From Candidatus Berkelbacteria bacterium (GTDB lineage Bacteria > Patescibacteriota > UBA1384 > DTJR01), in NCBI GenBank assembly GCA_029865605.1, contig JAOUGE010000003.1:21797-85796 (forward strand): DNA of 64,000 nucleotides. The letters are read 5' to 3'. The translations under genes were made by a program, and so were the position numbers. This document shows positions 10,423 to 21,485 of this stretch, one piece after another; within the stretch, counting starts at the first letter, position 1, and every line of letters starts with the position of its first letter. The notes beneath the pieces were generated by a model. It saw only the letters and a program-made list of their open reading frames with translations. It was not told the origin of the DNA and searched no databases.

Positions 10423-10794
10423 TTAATATATCTCGCAGATTAATTCCCCGCCCACGCCTATTTTTCTGGCTTTTTTGCCACTTAGCATACCTTTCGGTGT
10501 AGAAACTATAACCTCACCAAAACCACCCTTGGGTCTGGGAATATTTTTAGACTTAGCGTAAATTCTCCTACCGGGCGAACTTATCCGGCGGATTTTGTTA
10601 AACACCCTTTTTGCTTCCCCAATCATAATAACAGCTTTCCCCGAATCCTTTTTATAACCAGAAATATACCCTTCTTCCCGAAGTACTGCCAATATCGCCA
10701 TCTTCACATTAGAAAAGGGAACTTCCAGCTTATCTTTTCCGGATAGCCTAGCATTATTTATCCTATTTATTAAGTCGGAAATTGTGTCGTTCAT
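10423..10794 (-). CDS. rpsH: 30S ribosomal protein S8
   Basis: 123 aa; MNDTISDLINRINNARLSG... Confidence 0.9.
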   Translation of the reverse strand: MNDTISDLINRINNARLSGKDKLEVPFSNVKMAILAVLREEGYISGYKKDSGKAVIMIGEAKRVFNKIRRISSPGRRIYAKSKNIPRPKGGFGEVIVSTPKGMLSGKKARKIGVGGELICEIY

Positions 10795-10795
10795 A

Positions 10796-10996
10796 TTACC
10801 ATGATGATTTAGTTATCCCGGGGATTTCACCGCGGGTGGCAAGCTCCCTAAAGCAAATGCGGCAAAGACCATATTTTCTTAAATAGGCTCGTGAACGTCC
10901 GCACTTTCCGCACCGTCTAACCAAACGGGTTGAAAATTTAGGTTTTCGCTTTGCCTTGGCAATCAGTGATTTTCTAGCCATATTATTTAAGTACAA
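10796..10996 (-). CDS. rpsZ: 30S ribosomal protein S14 type Z (Zn-binding)
   Basis: 66 aa; [25 protein letters not shown] Cys4 motif. Confidence 0.85.
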   Translation of the reverse strand: MYLNNMARKSLIAKAKRKPKFSTRLVRRCGKCGRSRAYLRKYGLCRICFRELATRGEIPGITKSSW

Positions 10997-11516
10997 ACCC
11001 TAATCTTTTTAAGTAATTTTCGACCATCTGTTTATCTTTCGAATTCTTAAGGCTAAATGATATTGCCATCCCCCAGCTGAATTTTATCTCGTTGGGGTTG
11101 ATTTCTGGAAAAATCGCTTGCTCACGAACAGGGTAAGTAAAATTCATAGATTTATCAAAGTTCTTGCTTGAAATTCCGTCAAAATCCCTAAGTCTGGGTA
11201 AAACAATATTAATAAACCTCGAAATAAAGTCCCACATTTTGCCGTTTCTCAAAGTGACAGAGTAGCCGACTCTTTCACCTTCCCGCGTTTTGAAACCCGA
11301 TATAGATTTCTTAGCGCAAGTAAACCTAGGCTTCTGCCCAGAAATAAGAGCCAATTCTGACTCAATTTTCTGGCAATCTTCCTTAGAATCCTTGTGCGAT
11401 CCGATTCCCACATTTAATGTAACCTTATAAATTTTCGGCACTTCAGACACATTTAATCCAAGTTCCTTAGCGATTTCTTTTCTAACTTTGTTATTTTGCG
11501 TTAACATTTGTGACAT
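10983..11516 (-). CDS. rplE: 50S ribosomal protein L5
   Basis: 177 aa; L5 fold, spc operon position. Confidence 0.9.
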   Translation of the reverse strand: MSQMLTQNNKVRKEIAKELGLNVSEVPKIYKVTLNVGIGSHKDSKEDCQKIESELALISGQKPRFTCAKKSISGFKTREGERVGYSVTLRNGKMWDFISRFINIVLPRLRDFDGISSKNFDKSMNFTYPVREQAIFPEINPNEIKFSWGMAISFSLKNSKDKQMVENYLKRLGFVLK

Positions 11517-11823
11517 CCAATATCTCTTTACAGTTGATACAAACCCTTCTCTTTTCTTTGCCGAGATTTTTGAACCTGGCCTTTGTCATTTTTTTGCAAT
11601 TCGGACAGATAATCCTCAGGTTCGAAACAGGTATCGGCTGGCTCATATCGATAATTCCACCTTGCGGATATTTCTTTGATGGCTTAATTTGTTTTTTGTA
11701 AATATTCACACCGTCAACAAGAGCCTTTTGGGATGATATAATAACCTTAATAACAGGACCGACCTTACCTCTATCTCTTCCTTTAGCCACGACGACTGTA
11801 TCTCCTTTTCTAATTTTCTCCAT
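11491..11823 (-). CDS. rplX: 50S ribosomal protein L24 (KOW domain + C-terminal Cys4 segment)
   Basis: 110 aa; KGDTVVVAKGRDRGKVGPV KOW motif; C-term CPNCKK...CINCKE. Confidence 0.85.
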   Translation of the reverse strand: MEKIRKGDTVVVAKGRDRGKVGPVIKVIISSQKALVDGVNIYKKQIKPSKKYPQGGIIDMSQPIPVSNLRIICPNCKKMTKARFKNLGKEKRRVCINCKEILDVTNVNAK

Positions 11824-12192
11824 TTACAAAGCCTCTCCTGCCATTGAAATTATTTTGCCAAACCCTTTTTCTCTCAATTCCCGCGCTATTGGACCAAAAA
11901 CTCGCGTTCCCCTTGGTGTTTTATCAGGATTAATAATAACCACAGCATTATCATCAAATCTTATGACTGACCCATCTAGGCGCCGGTAGGGGTGTTTTTG
12001 TCTGACAATCACTGCTCGGTGAATTTCTTTTTTCTTTACCATGCCCCTGGGGGTTGCAGATTTAACTGAAACAACAATCAAGTCCCCGATTCTGGCATGC
12101 GTTGATCTTCCTCTGCCCAATATCCTAATACAACCCACTTCTTTGGCTCCTGTATTATCCGCCGACTTTATTCTTGTTCCAACCTGGATCAT
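11824..12192 (-). CDS. rplN: 50S ribosomal protein L14
   Basis: 122 aa; [28 protein letters not shown]. Confidence 0.9.
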   Translation of the reverse strand: MIQVGTRIKSADNTGAKEVGCIRILGRGRSTHARIGDLIVVSVKSATPRGMVKKKEIHRAVIVRQKHPYRRLDGSVIRFDDNAVVIINPDKTPRGTRVFGPIARELREKGFGKIISMAGEAL

Positions 12193-12419
12193 TTTAATAC
12201 CTTGCTAACCTTCCATCTTTTCTTCTTTGAAACCGGGCGGCACTCAACAATCTCAACCTTATCGCCCTCGGCCAAATCAAAACCACGGCTATCGGCTATA
12301 AATTTCTTTTGCCTCTTAACCGATTTATGATAAATCGGATCCCGCTTGCTCCGATCCACAATAACAACGGTTTGAATATTAACTTTATCAATTTTTCCGA
12401 CTAATTTATTTAACGCCAT
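12189..12419 (-). CDS. rpsQ: 30S ribosomal protein S17
   Basis: 76 aa; S17 OB-fold consensus. Confidence 0.9.
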   Translation of the reverse strand: MALNKLVGKIDKVNIQTVVIVDRSKRDPIYHKSVKRQKKFIADSRGFDLAEGDKVEIVECRPVSKKKRWKVSKVLK

Positions 12420-12422
12420 TTT

Positions 12423-12614
12423 TTACCTAGATGATATTTTAGTTTTAATTCTAGCGATCTTAAGCTTCAGCTTTCTTATTTCATCCGAGTTTTTTTTACC
12501 GGAAGAAGCAATCTTTGCCCTTTCCTTTAAAATATTCCGCTCTGTTTCATCAAGTAAAGCCAGAAGGTCTTTTGGACTCATTTTTTTTATTTCATCAGTT
12601 TTTACTTGGGCCAT
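12423..12614 (-). CDS. rpmC: 50S ribosomal protein L29
   Basis: 63 aa helical protein between rplP and rpsQ. Confidence 0.85.
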   Translation of the reverse strand: MAQVKTDEIKKMSPKDLLALLDETERNILKERAKIASSGKKNSDEIRKLKLKIARIKTKISSR

Positions 12615-12620
12615 AAAAAA

Positions 12621-13028
12621 CTACTCCCTCTCAACAATCGCTGTTTTCACCGGAAGCTTATTGGCACCTAGGCCAAGAGCTTCAAAAGCGGTATTTTTAT
12701 CCACGCCATCTATCTCAAAAATAATTTTTCCCGGCTTGACTACTGCTACGAAATGATCCGGCGAACCCTTGCCGCCACCCATTCCGACTTCATCCGAGGT
12801 CTTTGTCACCACTTTATCTGGAAATACCCTAATCCAAATTTTTCCTCCTCTTTTGCAAAATCTCGTAATTGCTCTTCTAGCCGCTTCAATCTGTCTCGAT
12901 GTTACCCAAGAAGCTTCTAGTGACTTAATCGCATATTTGCCAAAACTAATTTTACTTCCACGTACAGCTAAGCCACCCATCTTGCCGCGGAAATGCTTTC
13001 TATATTTTAATTTTCTTGGGATAAGCAT
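12621..13028 (-). CDS. rplP: 50S ribosomal protein L16
   Basis: 135 aa; [19 protein letters not shown]... Confidence 0.9.
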   Translation of the reverse strand: MLIPRKLKYRKHFRGKMGGLAVRGSKISFGKYAIKSLEASWVTSRQIEAARRAITRFCKRGGKIWIRVFPDKVVTKTSDEVGMGGGKGSPDHFVAVVKPGKIIFEIDGVDKNTAFEALGLGANKLPVKTAIVERE

Positions 13029-13660
13029 TATATGATTTTATCGCCGCAATTAATCCAAACCTTGATTCCGATAACACCGTATGTAGTCTTAGCGTGATAG
13101 GTCGCAAACTGAATATCTTTTCTTAGGGTCGTAAGAGGGATTGAACCCGATGAAAAAGTTTCATCTCTTGAGATTTCAGCCCCGTCAAGCCTTCCGGAAA
13201 TGGTTATTCTCGCCCCAGCCACTCCCGTTGCTATTACTTTCTGGAGAGTTTGCTTCGCCACACGTCTAAAGGGCATTCTCTTAGAGATTTGAATGCCGAT
13301 ATTTTGAGCTACGACCTGTGCGTTCGAATCCGCTTTTTTAATTTCAACAATTTCAAGTTTAAATTTTTTCTTCAGCATTTTAGTTAAATCCTCGCGTAGT
13401 TTTTCCAGTTGTTTCCCAGACCGGCCGATTAAGATACCTGGACGAGCCGAATATATAAAGATCGTCAACGCGCCGATTCCTCTTTCAATAATAATTTCTG
13501 AAATCCCGGCCTGGGGACCTGAAACCTGCTTAATCAGCTCGCGAATTTTATAATCCTCCAAGACATAATTCGCCATATCTTTTCCCTTGGCGAACCACTT
13601 GCTTTTCCAGTTGCCGTAAAGCCCCAGTCTATATGCTGTAGGATTAACTTTTTGTCCCAT
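13028..13660 (-). CDS. rpsC: 30S ribosomal protein S3
   Basis: 210 aa; [24 protein letters not shown]; KH domain. Confidence 0.9.
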   Translation of the reverse strand: MGQKVNPTAYRLGLYGNWKSKWFAKGKDMANYVLEDYKIRELIKQVSGPQAGISEIIIERGIGALTIFIYSARPGILIGRSGKQLEKLREDLTKMLKKKFKLEIVEIKKADSNAQVVAQNIGIQISKRMPFRRVAKQTLQKVIATGVAGARITISGRLDGAEISRDETFSSGSIPLTTLRKDIQFATYHAKTTYGVIGIKVWINCGDKII

Positions 13661-14054
13661 TTTTTGCCTTTATCTTTTTCTCCACAATTTCTTTTTTCTC
13701 CTCTAACTCTTTGGGATCTGAAACCTTGCAAAGACTTATTTTAATATGAGAATGCCTTTTTGTAAAGCCTCTTGACCTACCCCTTGCGCTGACCATAAAC
13801 CTTTTTAGCCTTCTGCCTTCTTGGCATACCGCCTCACATAAGTAGAGATCCTGCGCCTTATAGTCTTTTTGCTTGCAAGCATCCAGGCCTGATTTTAAAA
13901 GCTTTTCAACTAATTTAGCCGATTTTTTATTAGTAAATCTCAGTAAAGACAAAGCGTCCTCGGCACCCTTCCCTCTAACCAAGTTAATAACCAAACGAGC
14001 CTTCTTCGGGCTAACGGGCTGTTCGCGTAAGCTAACTGTTGTTATTTTTTCCAT
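13644..14054 (-). CDS. rplV: 50S ribosomal protein L22
   Basis: 136 aa; ...[28 protein letters not shown]... Confidence 0.85.
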   Translation of the reverse strand: MEKITTVSLREQPVSPKKARLVINLVRGKGAEDALSLLRFTNKKSAKLVEKLLKSGLDACKQKDYKAQDLYLCEAVCQEGRRLKRFMVSARGRSRGFTKRHSHIKISLCKVSDPKELEEKKEIVEKKIKAKNGTKS

Positions 14055-14355
14055 CGCTTTTTATTATTGGCTGAGCCTGTCCGGCGGTTTCTTGCTCTCT
14101 GGCCATTCTTCCGCCATGCTTTCTGAATTTCCTTGTCGGCGCAAATTCACCAAGCTTATGTCCAACCATCTCTTCTATTACCTTAACAGGCAAGTGTTCT
14201 TTGCCGTTATAAACCAAAAAAGCCAACCCCACCATTTCAGGAATAATAGTCGATCTTCTCGACCAAGTTCTTATCTGCGTAGACTTATCGGCTTTAGCAA
14301 TCTTTTTCAGTAAGTGTTCGTCAACGAATGGACCTTTTTTGAGCGATCTAGCCAT
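14032..14355 (-). CDS. rpsS: 30S ribosomal protein S19
   Basis: 107 aa; [19 protein letters not shown]...[10 protein letters not shown]...[17 protein letters not shown]. Confidence 0.9.
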   Translation of the reverse strand: MARSLKKGPFVDEHLLKKIAKADKSTQIRTWSRRSTIIPEMVGLAFLVYNGKEHLPVKVIEEMVGHKLGEFAPTRKFRKHGGRMAREQETAGQAQPIIKSDGKNNNS

Positions 14356-15191
14356 TATTTCTCCTTCGCCCTTTTCACAATAAATTTATTCGACCGTTTC
14401 CTTCTTCTTGTTCTTCGGCCCATCGCTGGCTTTCCCCAAGGCGTTTTGGGATGCTTTAAACCTATAGGATTTACTCCCTCGCCGCCACCGTGAGGATGGG
14501 CTGCCGGGTGCATCGCCTTGCCCCGCACAGTGGGGCGAACTCCCATTAATCTTTTTCTGCCGGCTTTCCCTATTCTGATATTTGAATGATCCGGGTTTGA
14601 AACTCGACCTATCGTAGCATAGCAGTTTGAATGAATTTTTCTTAATTCACCCGAAGGAAGTTTAATTAAGGCATAGTCGCCATCAACAGCCATGAGAGTC
14701 GCTGACGAGCCCGCTGCTCTAACCATATATTTCTTAGAATCAGGATAAATTTGGATATCGCAGATCTGGGCCCCAATTGGCAGACTTTTCAAAACCGATC
14801 TATTACCAGGCTCAGATTTTACTTTTTCAGAGGCTATTACCACATCATTTACTTTAAGTCCCTCAACCGCCAAAATATAAAGTTTTTCCTTGTCTTCAAG
14901 CTCCACTAAAGCAATAAAAGCTGTACGATTAGGATCATACTCAAGTCTTAAAACCTTTGCTTTTTTATTCAGATTTTGATCGAGGGTTGAAACCACCCGA
15001 TATTTTATTTTTTGACCACCCCCCCTGTGTCGCACGGTAATTTGACCTGTTTTGTCCCGCCCCGACTTCCTTGTTATGCTTAAAGTTAACCCCTTATGTG
15101 GTTGCCCTTTATAAAGAGCGGAACGATCAACAAAGCTCTGCTCGATATAGCCCGAACTAATTTTTTTTATGATTTTAAGCTTCTTGCTCAT
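14355..15191 (-). CDS. rplB: 50S ribosomal protein L2
   Basis: 278 aa; conserved C-terminal GGGEG...HPHGGG. Confidence 0.9.
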   Translation of the reverse strand: MSKKLKIIKKISSGYIEQSFVDRSALYKGQPHKGLTLSITRKSGRDKTGQITVRHRGGGQKIKYRVVSTLDQNLNKKAKVLRLEYDPNRTAFIALVELEDKEKLYILAVEGLKVNDVVIASEKVKSEPGNRSVLKSLPIGAQICDIQIYPDSKKYMVRAAGSSATLMAVDGDYALIKLPSGELRKIHSNCYATIGRVSNPDHSNIRIGKAGRKRLMGVRPTVRGKAMHPAAHPHGGGEGVNPIGLKHPKTPWGKPAMGRRTRRRKRSNKFIVKRAKEK

Positions 15192-15505
15192 TTCTTAACC
15201 TGCTTTTCTCCCTTTAGCTGCTTGCTCTTCTCATCCAAAACTTCAAACCCGGTTATTTTCTCTCCCTTTTTTAATTCGACAATAGCTTTTTTTAACCCTG
15301 CTTCTTTCACTTTCCTGCGGGCAGTTTTCCGAACCGCAGACTTTTTATTAATAATCTTCACGCTCAACGGATTCACTTTAAATACTTTTTTGAGCATTTT
15401 TATAAGGCCGATCTTATCCAGTTCTTTAGATACGACAAAGGTATATTTCCCGTCTTTGGCTAAATTCACTGATTTTTCCGTAATATGGGGCCTTATCTTA
15501 TACAT
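15188..15505 (-). CDS. rplW: 50S ribosomal protein L23
   Basis: 105 aa; ...IRPHITEKSVNLAKDGKYTFVV... Confidence 0.85.
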   Translation of the reverse strand: MYKIRPHITEKSVNLAKDGKYTFVVSKELDKIGLIKMLKKVFKVNPLSVKIINKKSAVRKTARRKVKEAGLKKAIVELKKGEKITGFEVLDEKSKQLKGEKQVKK

Positions 15506-16118
15506 CTTTGAACCTTCTCTTTAATTCTCCTGTCGCCTCTGAAGTAAAAATAAGTTTCAGGTTTTTACTTAAGTCAATCAAATTAATCTCTCCGAAGGAT
15601 TTCATCTCAAGTAACGGGAGGTTCCTCCAGGGAGCAAGGTCTTTAGACTCAGGGAGAGAAAAAACCAATAGGCTTCGACCGCTTTTAGATATCTTACCTA
15701 GCAAGACGGCAGCGTCTTTGGTTTTTCCACTCTTTACCTCGATACTATCCAATATCAAAATATTCTTTCTCTTAGCCTGCCAGCTTAAAACCTCGAGATA
15801 GGCCTTCAGCTTCATTTTAATTGGGATTTTCAGCGTTCTACTTTCACCCGTTGGGCCAAAGTTTACGCCGCCCCCCCTAAAAAGCGGAGACCTGATCGAG
15901 CCCGCCCTGGCGCGGCCAGTTCCTTTCTGCCTCCAGGGTTTTCTCCCCCCACCCGAAACCTCAGCCCTGGTCTTAGTTTTACCGCTTTTTTTAAAAATAT
16001 TGGCTTGTTCAACTCTCAAAACCTGAGAAACCAGAGATTCATCTAAGCCAAGATCAAGTTTCAAAACTTGGTCTTTTATCTTTTTGCCCTGATTATTAAA
16101 TACCTCAATTTTTGCCAT
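15498..16118 (-). CDS. rplD: 50S ribosomal protein L4
   Basis: 206 aa in S10 operon position. Confidence 0.9.
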   Translation of the reverse strand: MAKIEVFNNQGKKIKDQVLKLDLGLDESLVSQVLRVEQANIFKKSGKTKTRAEVSGGGRKPWRQKGTGRARAGSIRSPLFRGGGVNFGPTGESRTLKIPIKMKLKAYLEVLSWQAKRKNILILDSIEVKSGKTKDAAVLLGKISKSGRSLLVFSLPESKDLAPWRNLPLLEMKSFGEINLIDLSKNLKLIFTSEATGELKRRFKDV

Positions 16119-16119
16119 T

Positions 16120-16716
16120 TTATTTGCTGATTACAACAATGGATTTATTGGCTCCGGGAACAGAACCCGCAACCCAAATTTCACCTTCGTTTTCTCTTAT
16201 CGCGACAATCTCCAAGTTTTTGACTGAAGATCTTCGGGCTCCCATATGACCAGCCATCCTTCTTCCCTTAATTGTTCTTTGAGGATAAGTCGGGCCAATT
16301 GATCCTGGTTTTCTCCAGTTACACGATCCGTGTGTCTTCGGGCCAGTCGTAAAACCATGCCTTTTAACAGTCCCGGCAAAACCCTTGCCCTTAGACACAG
16401 ACTCGACCGAAACTTTCTCGCCAACCTTAAAATCGCTTATCCCGACTTCTTTCCCCGGCTCGTCTGTTGATTCCGCTTTATTTCTTTCTTCTTTTATCAT
16501 CCTTGCCGGACCTATTTTAAACCTCTTTTCTTGCGATCTAGGGGGTTTAAATTTCTCGTCTACCCAAGCAAATATATCAGCATTATATGAATCTTTTTCC
16601 GCATTTCTTTTGCCACAAAGCTGGGTTTTTTTTAATTTTAAAACAGTTACAGCTTTCTGCATTCCAGATTTATCGAATATTTGCGTCATTTGCATCTTTT
16701 GGGCAAAACACACCAT
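16120..16716 (-). CDS. rplC: 50S ribosomal protein L3
   Basis: 198 aa; ...GFAGTVKRHGFTTGPKTHGS... Confidence 0.9.
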   Translation of the reverse strand: MVCFAQKMQMTQIFDKSGMQKAVTVLKLKKTQLCGKRNAEKDSYNADIFAWVDEKFKPPRSQEKRFKIGPARMIKEERNKAESTDEPGKEVGISDFKVGEKVSVESVSKGKGFAGTVKRHGFTTGPKTHGSCNWRKPGSIGPTYPQRTIKGRRMAGHMGARRSSVKNLEIVAIRENEGEIWVAGSVPGANKSIVVISK

Positions 16717-16831
16717 AATTCCTCCCGGAATTTACCCCGCCTACGGCGGGACAATATTCAGGGCAAGCTTTAAATTAAGCTAGCCAGATAATCCCGCCAG
16801 AATAATTTCGGGCGGGAGCAATCTGATTGGC

Positions 16832-17152
16832 TTAAGTTTTTATTTCTATGTCAACCCCTGCCGGCAGTTCTAGGTTCATAAGCAGATCTATTGTCCTGTT
16901 TGTTATGTCCGAAACGTCAATTACCCGCTTGTGAACCCTTACCTCAAACTGGTCTCGGCTGTCTTTGTGAACAAAGGTGGACTTCAAAACAGTCGTCTTT
17001 TGAATTTCGGTCGGTAGTGGAATCGGTCCAGTTACTTTTGCCCCCGACTTTTCGACTGTTTCAACAATATTGGCTACCGCTCGATCCAAAATCCTATAAT
17101 CATAACCCCTTATTTTTATTCTGATTATTTGATTTGTTTTGGATTGGGGCAT
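16832..17152 (-). CDS. rpsJ: 30S ribosomal protein S10
   Basis: 106 aa; IRIKIRGYDYRILDRAVANIVETVEKSGAKVTGPIPLPT. Confidence 0.9.
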   Translation of the reverse strand: MPQSKTNQIIRIKIRGYDYRILDRAVANIVETVEKSGAKVTGPIPLPTEIQKTTVLKSTFVHKDSRDQFEVRVHKRVIDVSDITNRTIDLLMNLELPAGVDIEIKT

Positions 17153-17176
17153 TTTTCAATGGACACAGATTCGGCT

Positions 17177-18361
17177 TTATTTGATAACTTTTGTGACTAC
17201 ACCTGCTCCGACAGTTCTTCCGCCTTCTCTTATGGCGAATTTCATCTTTTCTTCCATGGCAACAGGCACGATCAACTTCACCTTCAAGTTTGCAGTATCA
17301 CCCGGCATCACCATTTCAACACCTGCTGGAATTTCAGTAATCTCCCCGGTAACATCGGTTGTTCTAACGTAAAACTGCGGTTTATACCCCTTTGTGAACG
17401 GAGAGTGGCGGCCACCCTCGTCTTTACTTAAGATATAAACTTCGCCCTCAAATTCAGTGTGAGGGGTAACAGAACCCGGCTTGGCTAAAACCTGTCCTCT
17501 TTCAACATCTTCTCTTTCTATACCGCGCAGCAAAACCCCGATATTATCACCAGCGCGACCTTCATCAAGAAGTTTTCTGAACATTTCAACGCCGGTCACG
17601 ACAACTTTCTTGGTGGGTTTTATACCGACAATTTCCACTTCTTCGTTTACTTTTACAACTCCCCTTTCAACACGACCAGTTACAACCGTCCCTCGTCCTT
17701 TGATTGAGAAAACGTCCTCAATCGGCATCAGTAATGGCTTATCGATTTCCCGTTCCGGCTCCGGAATATAACTGTCCATAGCTTCAACCAGCTCTAATAC
17801 TGCCTTTTCCGCCTCAGGGTCGCCCTCCATCGCTTTAAGCGCCGACCCCTTAATAATAGGAATTTCATCACCGGGAAACTTATATTTTTTCAGTAAATCC
17901 CTTATTTCAATCTCAACTAGATCTAGAAGTTCCTTGTCTGTAACTTGATCTACCTTATTGAGAAAAACAATTACACTTGGGACCCCCACCTGCCTAGCTA
18001 AGAGAATATGCTCTCTTGTTTGAGGCATGGGGCCGTCGGCAGCCGAAACGACTAAAATAGCCGCGTCCATCTGGGCTGCCCCGGTAATCATATTTTTTAC
18101 GTAATCGGCATGACCGGGACAATCAACATGAGCATAATGCCTTTTTTCCGACTCATACTCCTGGTGGGAAGTGGCGATTGTGATTCCCCTTTCCTTCTCC
18201 TCGGGAGCATTATCTATGTCCTCAAATTTCTTAGCCACAGCCAGGTTTTTCTTGGCTAAAATCTGAGTAATAGCTGCCGTTAAAGTAGTTTTGCCATGAT
18301 CAACATGACCAATTGTTCCCACATTGATATGCGGTTTTGTCCTTTCGAACTTTTCTGCCAT
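17177..18361 (-). CDS. tuf: elongation factor Tu
   Basis: 394 aa; [23 protein letters not shown]-motifs. Confidence 0.95.
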   Translation of the reverse strand: MAEKFERTKPHINVGTIGHVDHGKTTLTAAITQILAKKNLAVAKKFEDIDNAPEEKERGITIATSHQEYESEKRHYAHVDCPGHADYVKNMITGAAQMDAAILVVSAADGPMPQTREHILLARQVGVPSVIVFLNKVDQVTDKELLDLVEIEIRDLLKKYKFPGDEIPIIKGSALKAMEGDPEAEKAVLELVEAMDSYIPEPEREIDKPLLMPIEDVFSIKGRGTVVTGRVERGVVKVNEEVEIVGIKPTKKVVVTGVEMFRKLLDEGRAGDNIGVLLRGIEREDVERGQVLAKPGSVTPHTEFEGEVYILSKDEGGRHSPFTKGYKPQFYVRTTDVTGEITEIPAGVEMVMPGDTANLKVKLIVPVAMEEKMKFAIREGGRTVGAGVVTKVIK

Positions 18362-18421
18362 CTCGTTCTCCTTTACTTCACTTATTTTACACTAAATTTA
18401 TACCCTAAAAGGCTAAAAATG

Positions 18422-20530
18422 TCAACTTAGACTTTTCGATCCGACCCTTTTGCTTATAATCGATTCGGCAATATTATGAGGAACGGTCTCATACTTCAAA
18501 AATTCCATCGTGTAACTCGCTCTACCTTGAGTCAAAGAGCGCAACGACGTGGCATAGCCGAACATCTCACCAAGAGAGACTTCGGCGGGAACTATTTTAG
18601 CGTTACCCCTGTCTGTAACCTGACCAATCTGAGCCCGCTTCGAATTTAAATCACCCAAAACATCGCCCATAAATTCTTCTGGGGTGACTACCTCCACCTT
18701 CATTATCGGTTCGAGTACTACCGGATCAGCCGATTTTACCGCGTCCTGGACAGCCATTGACCCGGCAATCTGGAATGCCAGCTCTGACGAGTCAACTTCA
18801 TGATAAGAGCCGTCATATAAAGTAACGGAAATATCAACGACCGGGTAGCCTGCGATTACGCCCTTACCCAAAGCTTTTGTGACGCCATCTTCCACGGCGG
18901 GTATGAACTCTTTTGGTATTGCTCCGCCGAAAATTTTATTGATAAATTCATTGCCCTGGCCCCTCTCACGCGGTGCAATCTCAAGTAAAACATGTCCATA
19001 CTGACCACGCCCACCGGTTTGTCGGATAAACTTACCCTCCGCTTTAGTACCTTTCATTACCGTTTCGCGATAGGCAACCTGAGGAGCACCGACATTCGCC
19101 TCAACGCTAAACTCCCTTTTTAACCGGTCAACTATAATCTCAAGATGCAATTCGCCCATGCCAGCAATTAGAGTTTGGTTTGACTCCTGATCGGTTTTTA
19201 TCCTAAAAGTTGGATCCTCTTCGGCTAATCTACCCAAGGCCAGGCCCATCTTTGCCTGGTCGACTTTAGTTTTTGGTTCAATTGCAATTTCAATGACCGG
19301 TTCAGGAAAGATAATGCTTTCAAGCCTAACTTTATAGCCCTGAATAGCAAGAGTATCGCCTGTGGTCGTATTCTTAAGACCAACGATAGCCGCAATGTCT
19401 CCGGAGGTAATTTCTTCGATGTCCTCACGGTGGTTAGCATGCATTCTTAAAATACGACCGACCCTCTCTTTTTCACCATTAGTCGTATTAATAACATAAG
19501 ACCCGGCCTTGAGCATTCCGGAATAAACCCTAATAAAACTTAATCTCCCGACGTATGGGTCTGTGGCGATTTTGAATGCCAAGGCGCAAAATGGCTCATC
19601 GTCTGAAGTCTTAATTTCCACTTCCTCGTCGTTGTCTGGGTTAAACCCCTTGGCCGGAGGAACTTCAAGAGGGTTGGGGAGATAATCCACGATAGCATCC
19701 AATAAAAGCTGGACGCCTTTATTTTTTAAAGCGGAACCGCATAAAACTGGTACAAGTGAGTTACTTATTGTGGCTTCTCTTATGCCTTGGCGCAGTTCGT
19801 CTTCAGATAATTTACCCTCATTCAGATATTTATTAAGAAGGGTTTCTGAACATTCAGCGACCTTTTCGTCAAGTTTGTTTTTCCATTTTTTCGTCTCGTC
19901 GAGAAGTTCAGCGGGAATTTCAACCTCTTTAATCACCTGCCCCAAATCATCTTGATACTCAAAGGCAGTCATTCTAACAAGGTCTACCAAACCTCTGAAT
20001 TTTTCTTCGATACCAATCGGCAGCTGAAGAGGAACAGCATTCGAACCGAGCCGATCTAAAATTGACTGGTAAGATTTATAGAAATCCGCGCCAGTTCGAT
20101 CAAGTTTATTAATAAAACAAACCCTCGGAACGCGATATTTTTCCGCCTGGCGCCAGACGGTTTCCGACTGGGGCTCAACACCGGCCACACCATCAAAAAC
20201 AACCACTCCACCGTCAAGCACTCTAAGCGACCGCTCAACCTCTACGGTAAAATCAACATGGCCCGGTGTGTCAATTATATTTATTCGGTTTTTGTTTTTC
20301 TCATCCCCTCGAGGCGTCCAAAAACAAGTTGTAGCCGCTGAAGTAATCGTAATCCCCCGCTCTTTTTCTTGTTCCATCCAATCCATCTCCGCCTTCCCCT
20401 CGTGGACTTCGCCAATTTTGTGTTTTTTCCCAGTGTAAAAAAGAACCCTTTCGGTCACGGTAGTTTTACCGGCATCTATATGGGCGATTATTCCTATATT
20501 CCTGGTTTTCTCAAGCGGATATTCTCTCAT
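18422..20530 (-). CDS. fusA: elongation factor G
   Basis: 702 aa; [17 protein letters not shown], five-domain EF-G. Confidence 0.95.
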   Translation of the reverse strand: MREYPLEKTRNIGIIAHIDAGKTTVTERVLFYTGKKHKIGEVHEGKAEMDWMEQEKERGITITSAATTCFWTPRGDEKNKNRINIIDTPGHVDFTVEVERSLRVLDGGVVVFDGVAGVEPQSETVWRQAEKYRVPRVCFINKLDRTGADFYKSYQSILDRLGSNAVPLQLPIGIEEKFRGLVDLVRMTAFEYQDDLGQVIKEVEIPAELLDETKKWKNKLDEKVAECSETLLNKYLNEGKLSEDELRQGIREATISNSLVPVLCGSALKNKGVQLLLDAIVDYLPNPLEVPPAKGFNPDNDEEVEIKTSDDEPFCALAFKIATDPYVGRLSFIRVYSGMLKAGSYVINTTNGEKERVGRILRMHANHREDIEEITSGDIAAIVGLKNTTTGDTLAIQGYKVRLESIIFPEPVIEIAIEPKTKVDQAKMGLALGRLAEEDPTFRIKTDQESNQTLIAGMGELHLEIIVDRLKREFSVEANVGAPQVAYRETVMKGTKAEGKFIRQTGGRGQYGHVLLEIAPRERGQGNEFINKIFGGAIPKEFIPAVEDGVTKALGKGVIAGYPVVDISVTLYDGSYHEVDSSELAFQIAGSMAVQDAVKSADPVVLEPIMKVEVVTPEEFMGDVLGDLNSKRAQIGQVTDRGNAKIVPAEVSLGEMFGYATSLRSLTQGRASYTMEFLKYETVPHNIAESIISKRVGSKSLS

Positions 20531-20561
20531 ATTTAAAATTACCCCTTCAGTCGAATAATAT

Positions 20562-21038
20562 TCATCTTAATCGAGCGAAGTGGGCGAAGGCGCGGTTCGC
20601 CTCAGCCATCTTGTGGGTGTCTGCTCTTTTCTTGAGTGAATAACTAGCGCCGGATAAAATCTCACAATATTCCTCGGCTAGCTTTTTGGCCATGGGAAGA
20701 CCCTTCTTAGACTTAGCGCCCTCGATTATCCAACGCATAGCCAGCGCTGTTCTTCTTGGTTCTTTAACCTCCATTGGTATTTGATAATTTGCCCCGCCTA
20801 TCCTTCTAGAACGAACTTCAACGGAAGGCGCGACAGCTATAATTACTTGATTAAAAATATCGAGCGGCTCTTTCTTCAACTTTGCCGAAGCTTCATCAAG
20901 CGATGAGTAGACGATCTTCTCGGCCACCGATTTTTTCCCTCTTTCCATAACATAATTGATAAATTTAGCCAATGCCGAAGACACGAACCTCTTATCGGGT
21001 TCAATCGTTTTCCTTTTGTACCCTGATTTTCCTCTCAT
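20562..21038 (-). CDS. rpsG: 30S ribosomal protein S7
   Basis: 158 aa in str operon. Confidence 0.9.
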   Translation of the reverse strand: MRGKSGYKRKTIEPDKRFVSSALAKFINYVMERGKKSVAEKIVYSSLDEASAKLKKEPLDIFNQVIIAVAPSVEVRSRRIGGANYQIPMEVKEPRRTALAMRWIIEGAKSKKGLPMAKKLAEEYCEILSGASYSLKKRADTHKMAEANRAFAHFARLR

Positions 21039-21040
21039 CC

Positions 21041-21475
21041 TTACGCCTTGCCTTTGCCCACACCATACTTTGAACGACTGGATTTTCTGCTCTCAACACC
21101 TAAAGTATCAATCTTTCCCCTCACGATATGGTATCTAACCCCCGGCAGATCCTTAACCCGTCCGCCCCTAATCAAGACAACCGAATGCTCCTGGAGATTA
21201 TGGCCTATTCCTGGTATATAAGCCGTTACCTCTTGGCCATTGCTCAAACGCACCTTAGCAATTTTTCTTAAGGCCGAATTAGGCTTTTTAGGCGTCATTG
21301 TAGTTACTTTTGTGCAAACGCCTCTTTTAAAAGGATTCGACTTCTTTTCGATTTTGGGTTTGTTTTTTAGATAATTAAAATTCCTCGCCAAAGCAGGCGA
21401 TTTACTCTTTTTTAGCTGTTTTTTTCTTCGCTTCTTTAGAAGCTGGTTAACTGTAGGCATATTTCCTTCGGTCAA
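21041..21475 (-). CDS. rpsL: 30S ribosomal protein S12
   Basis: 144 aa; [10 protein letters not shown] conserved loop. Confidence 0.9.
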   Translation of the reverse strand: MTEGNMPTVNQLLKKRRKKQLKKSKSPALARNFNYLKNKPKIEKKSNPFKRGVCTKVTTMTPKKPNSALRKIAKVRLSNGQEVTAYIPGIGHNLQEHSVVLIRGGRVKDLPGVRYHIVRGKIDTLGVESRKSSRSKYGVGKGKA

Positions 21476-21485
21476 ACTTTTTAAT

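Noticed and set aside
16197-17431. Short ORFs on both strands overlapping rplC, rpsJ and tuf (16197..16424 -, 16385..16783 +, 16891..17124 +, 17129..17431 +, 17139..17372 +)
   Set aside because: All overlap highly conserved ribosomal protein or EF-Tu genes in other frames.
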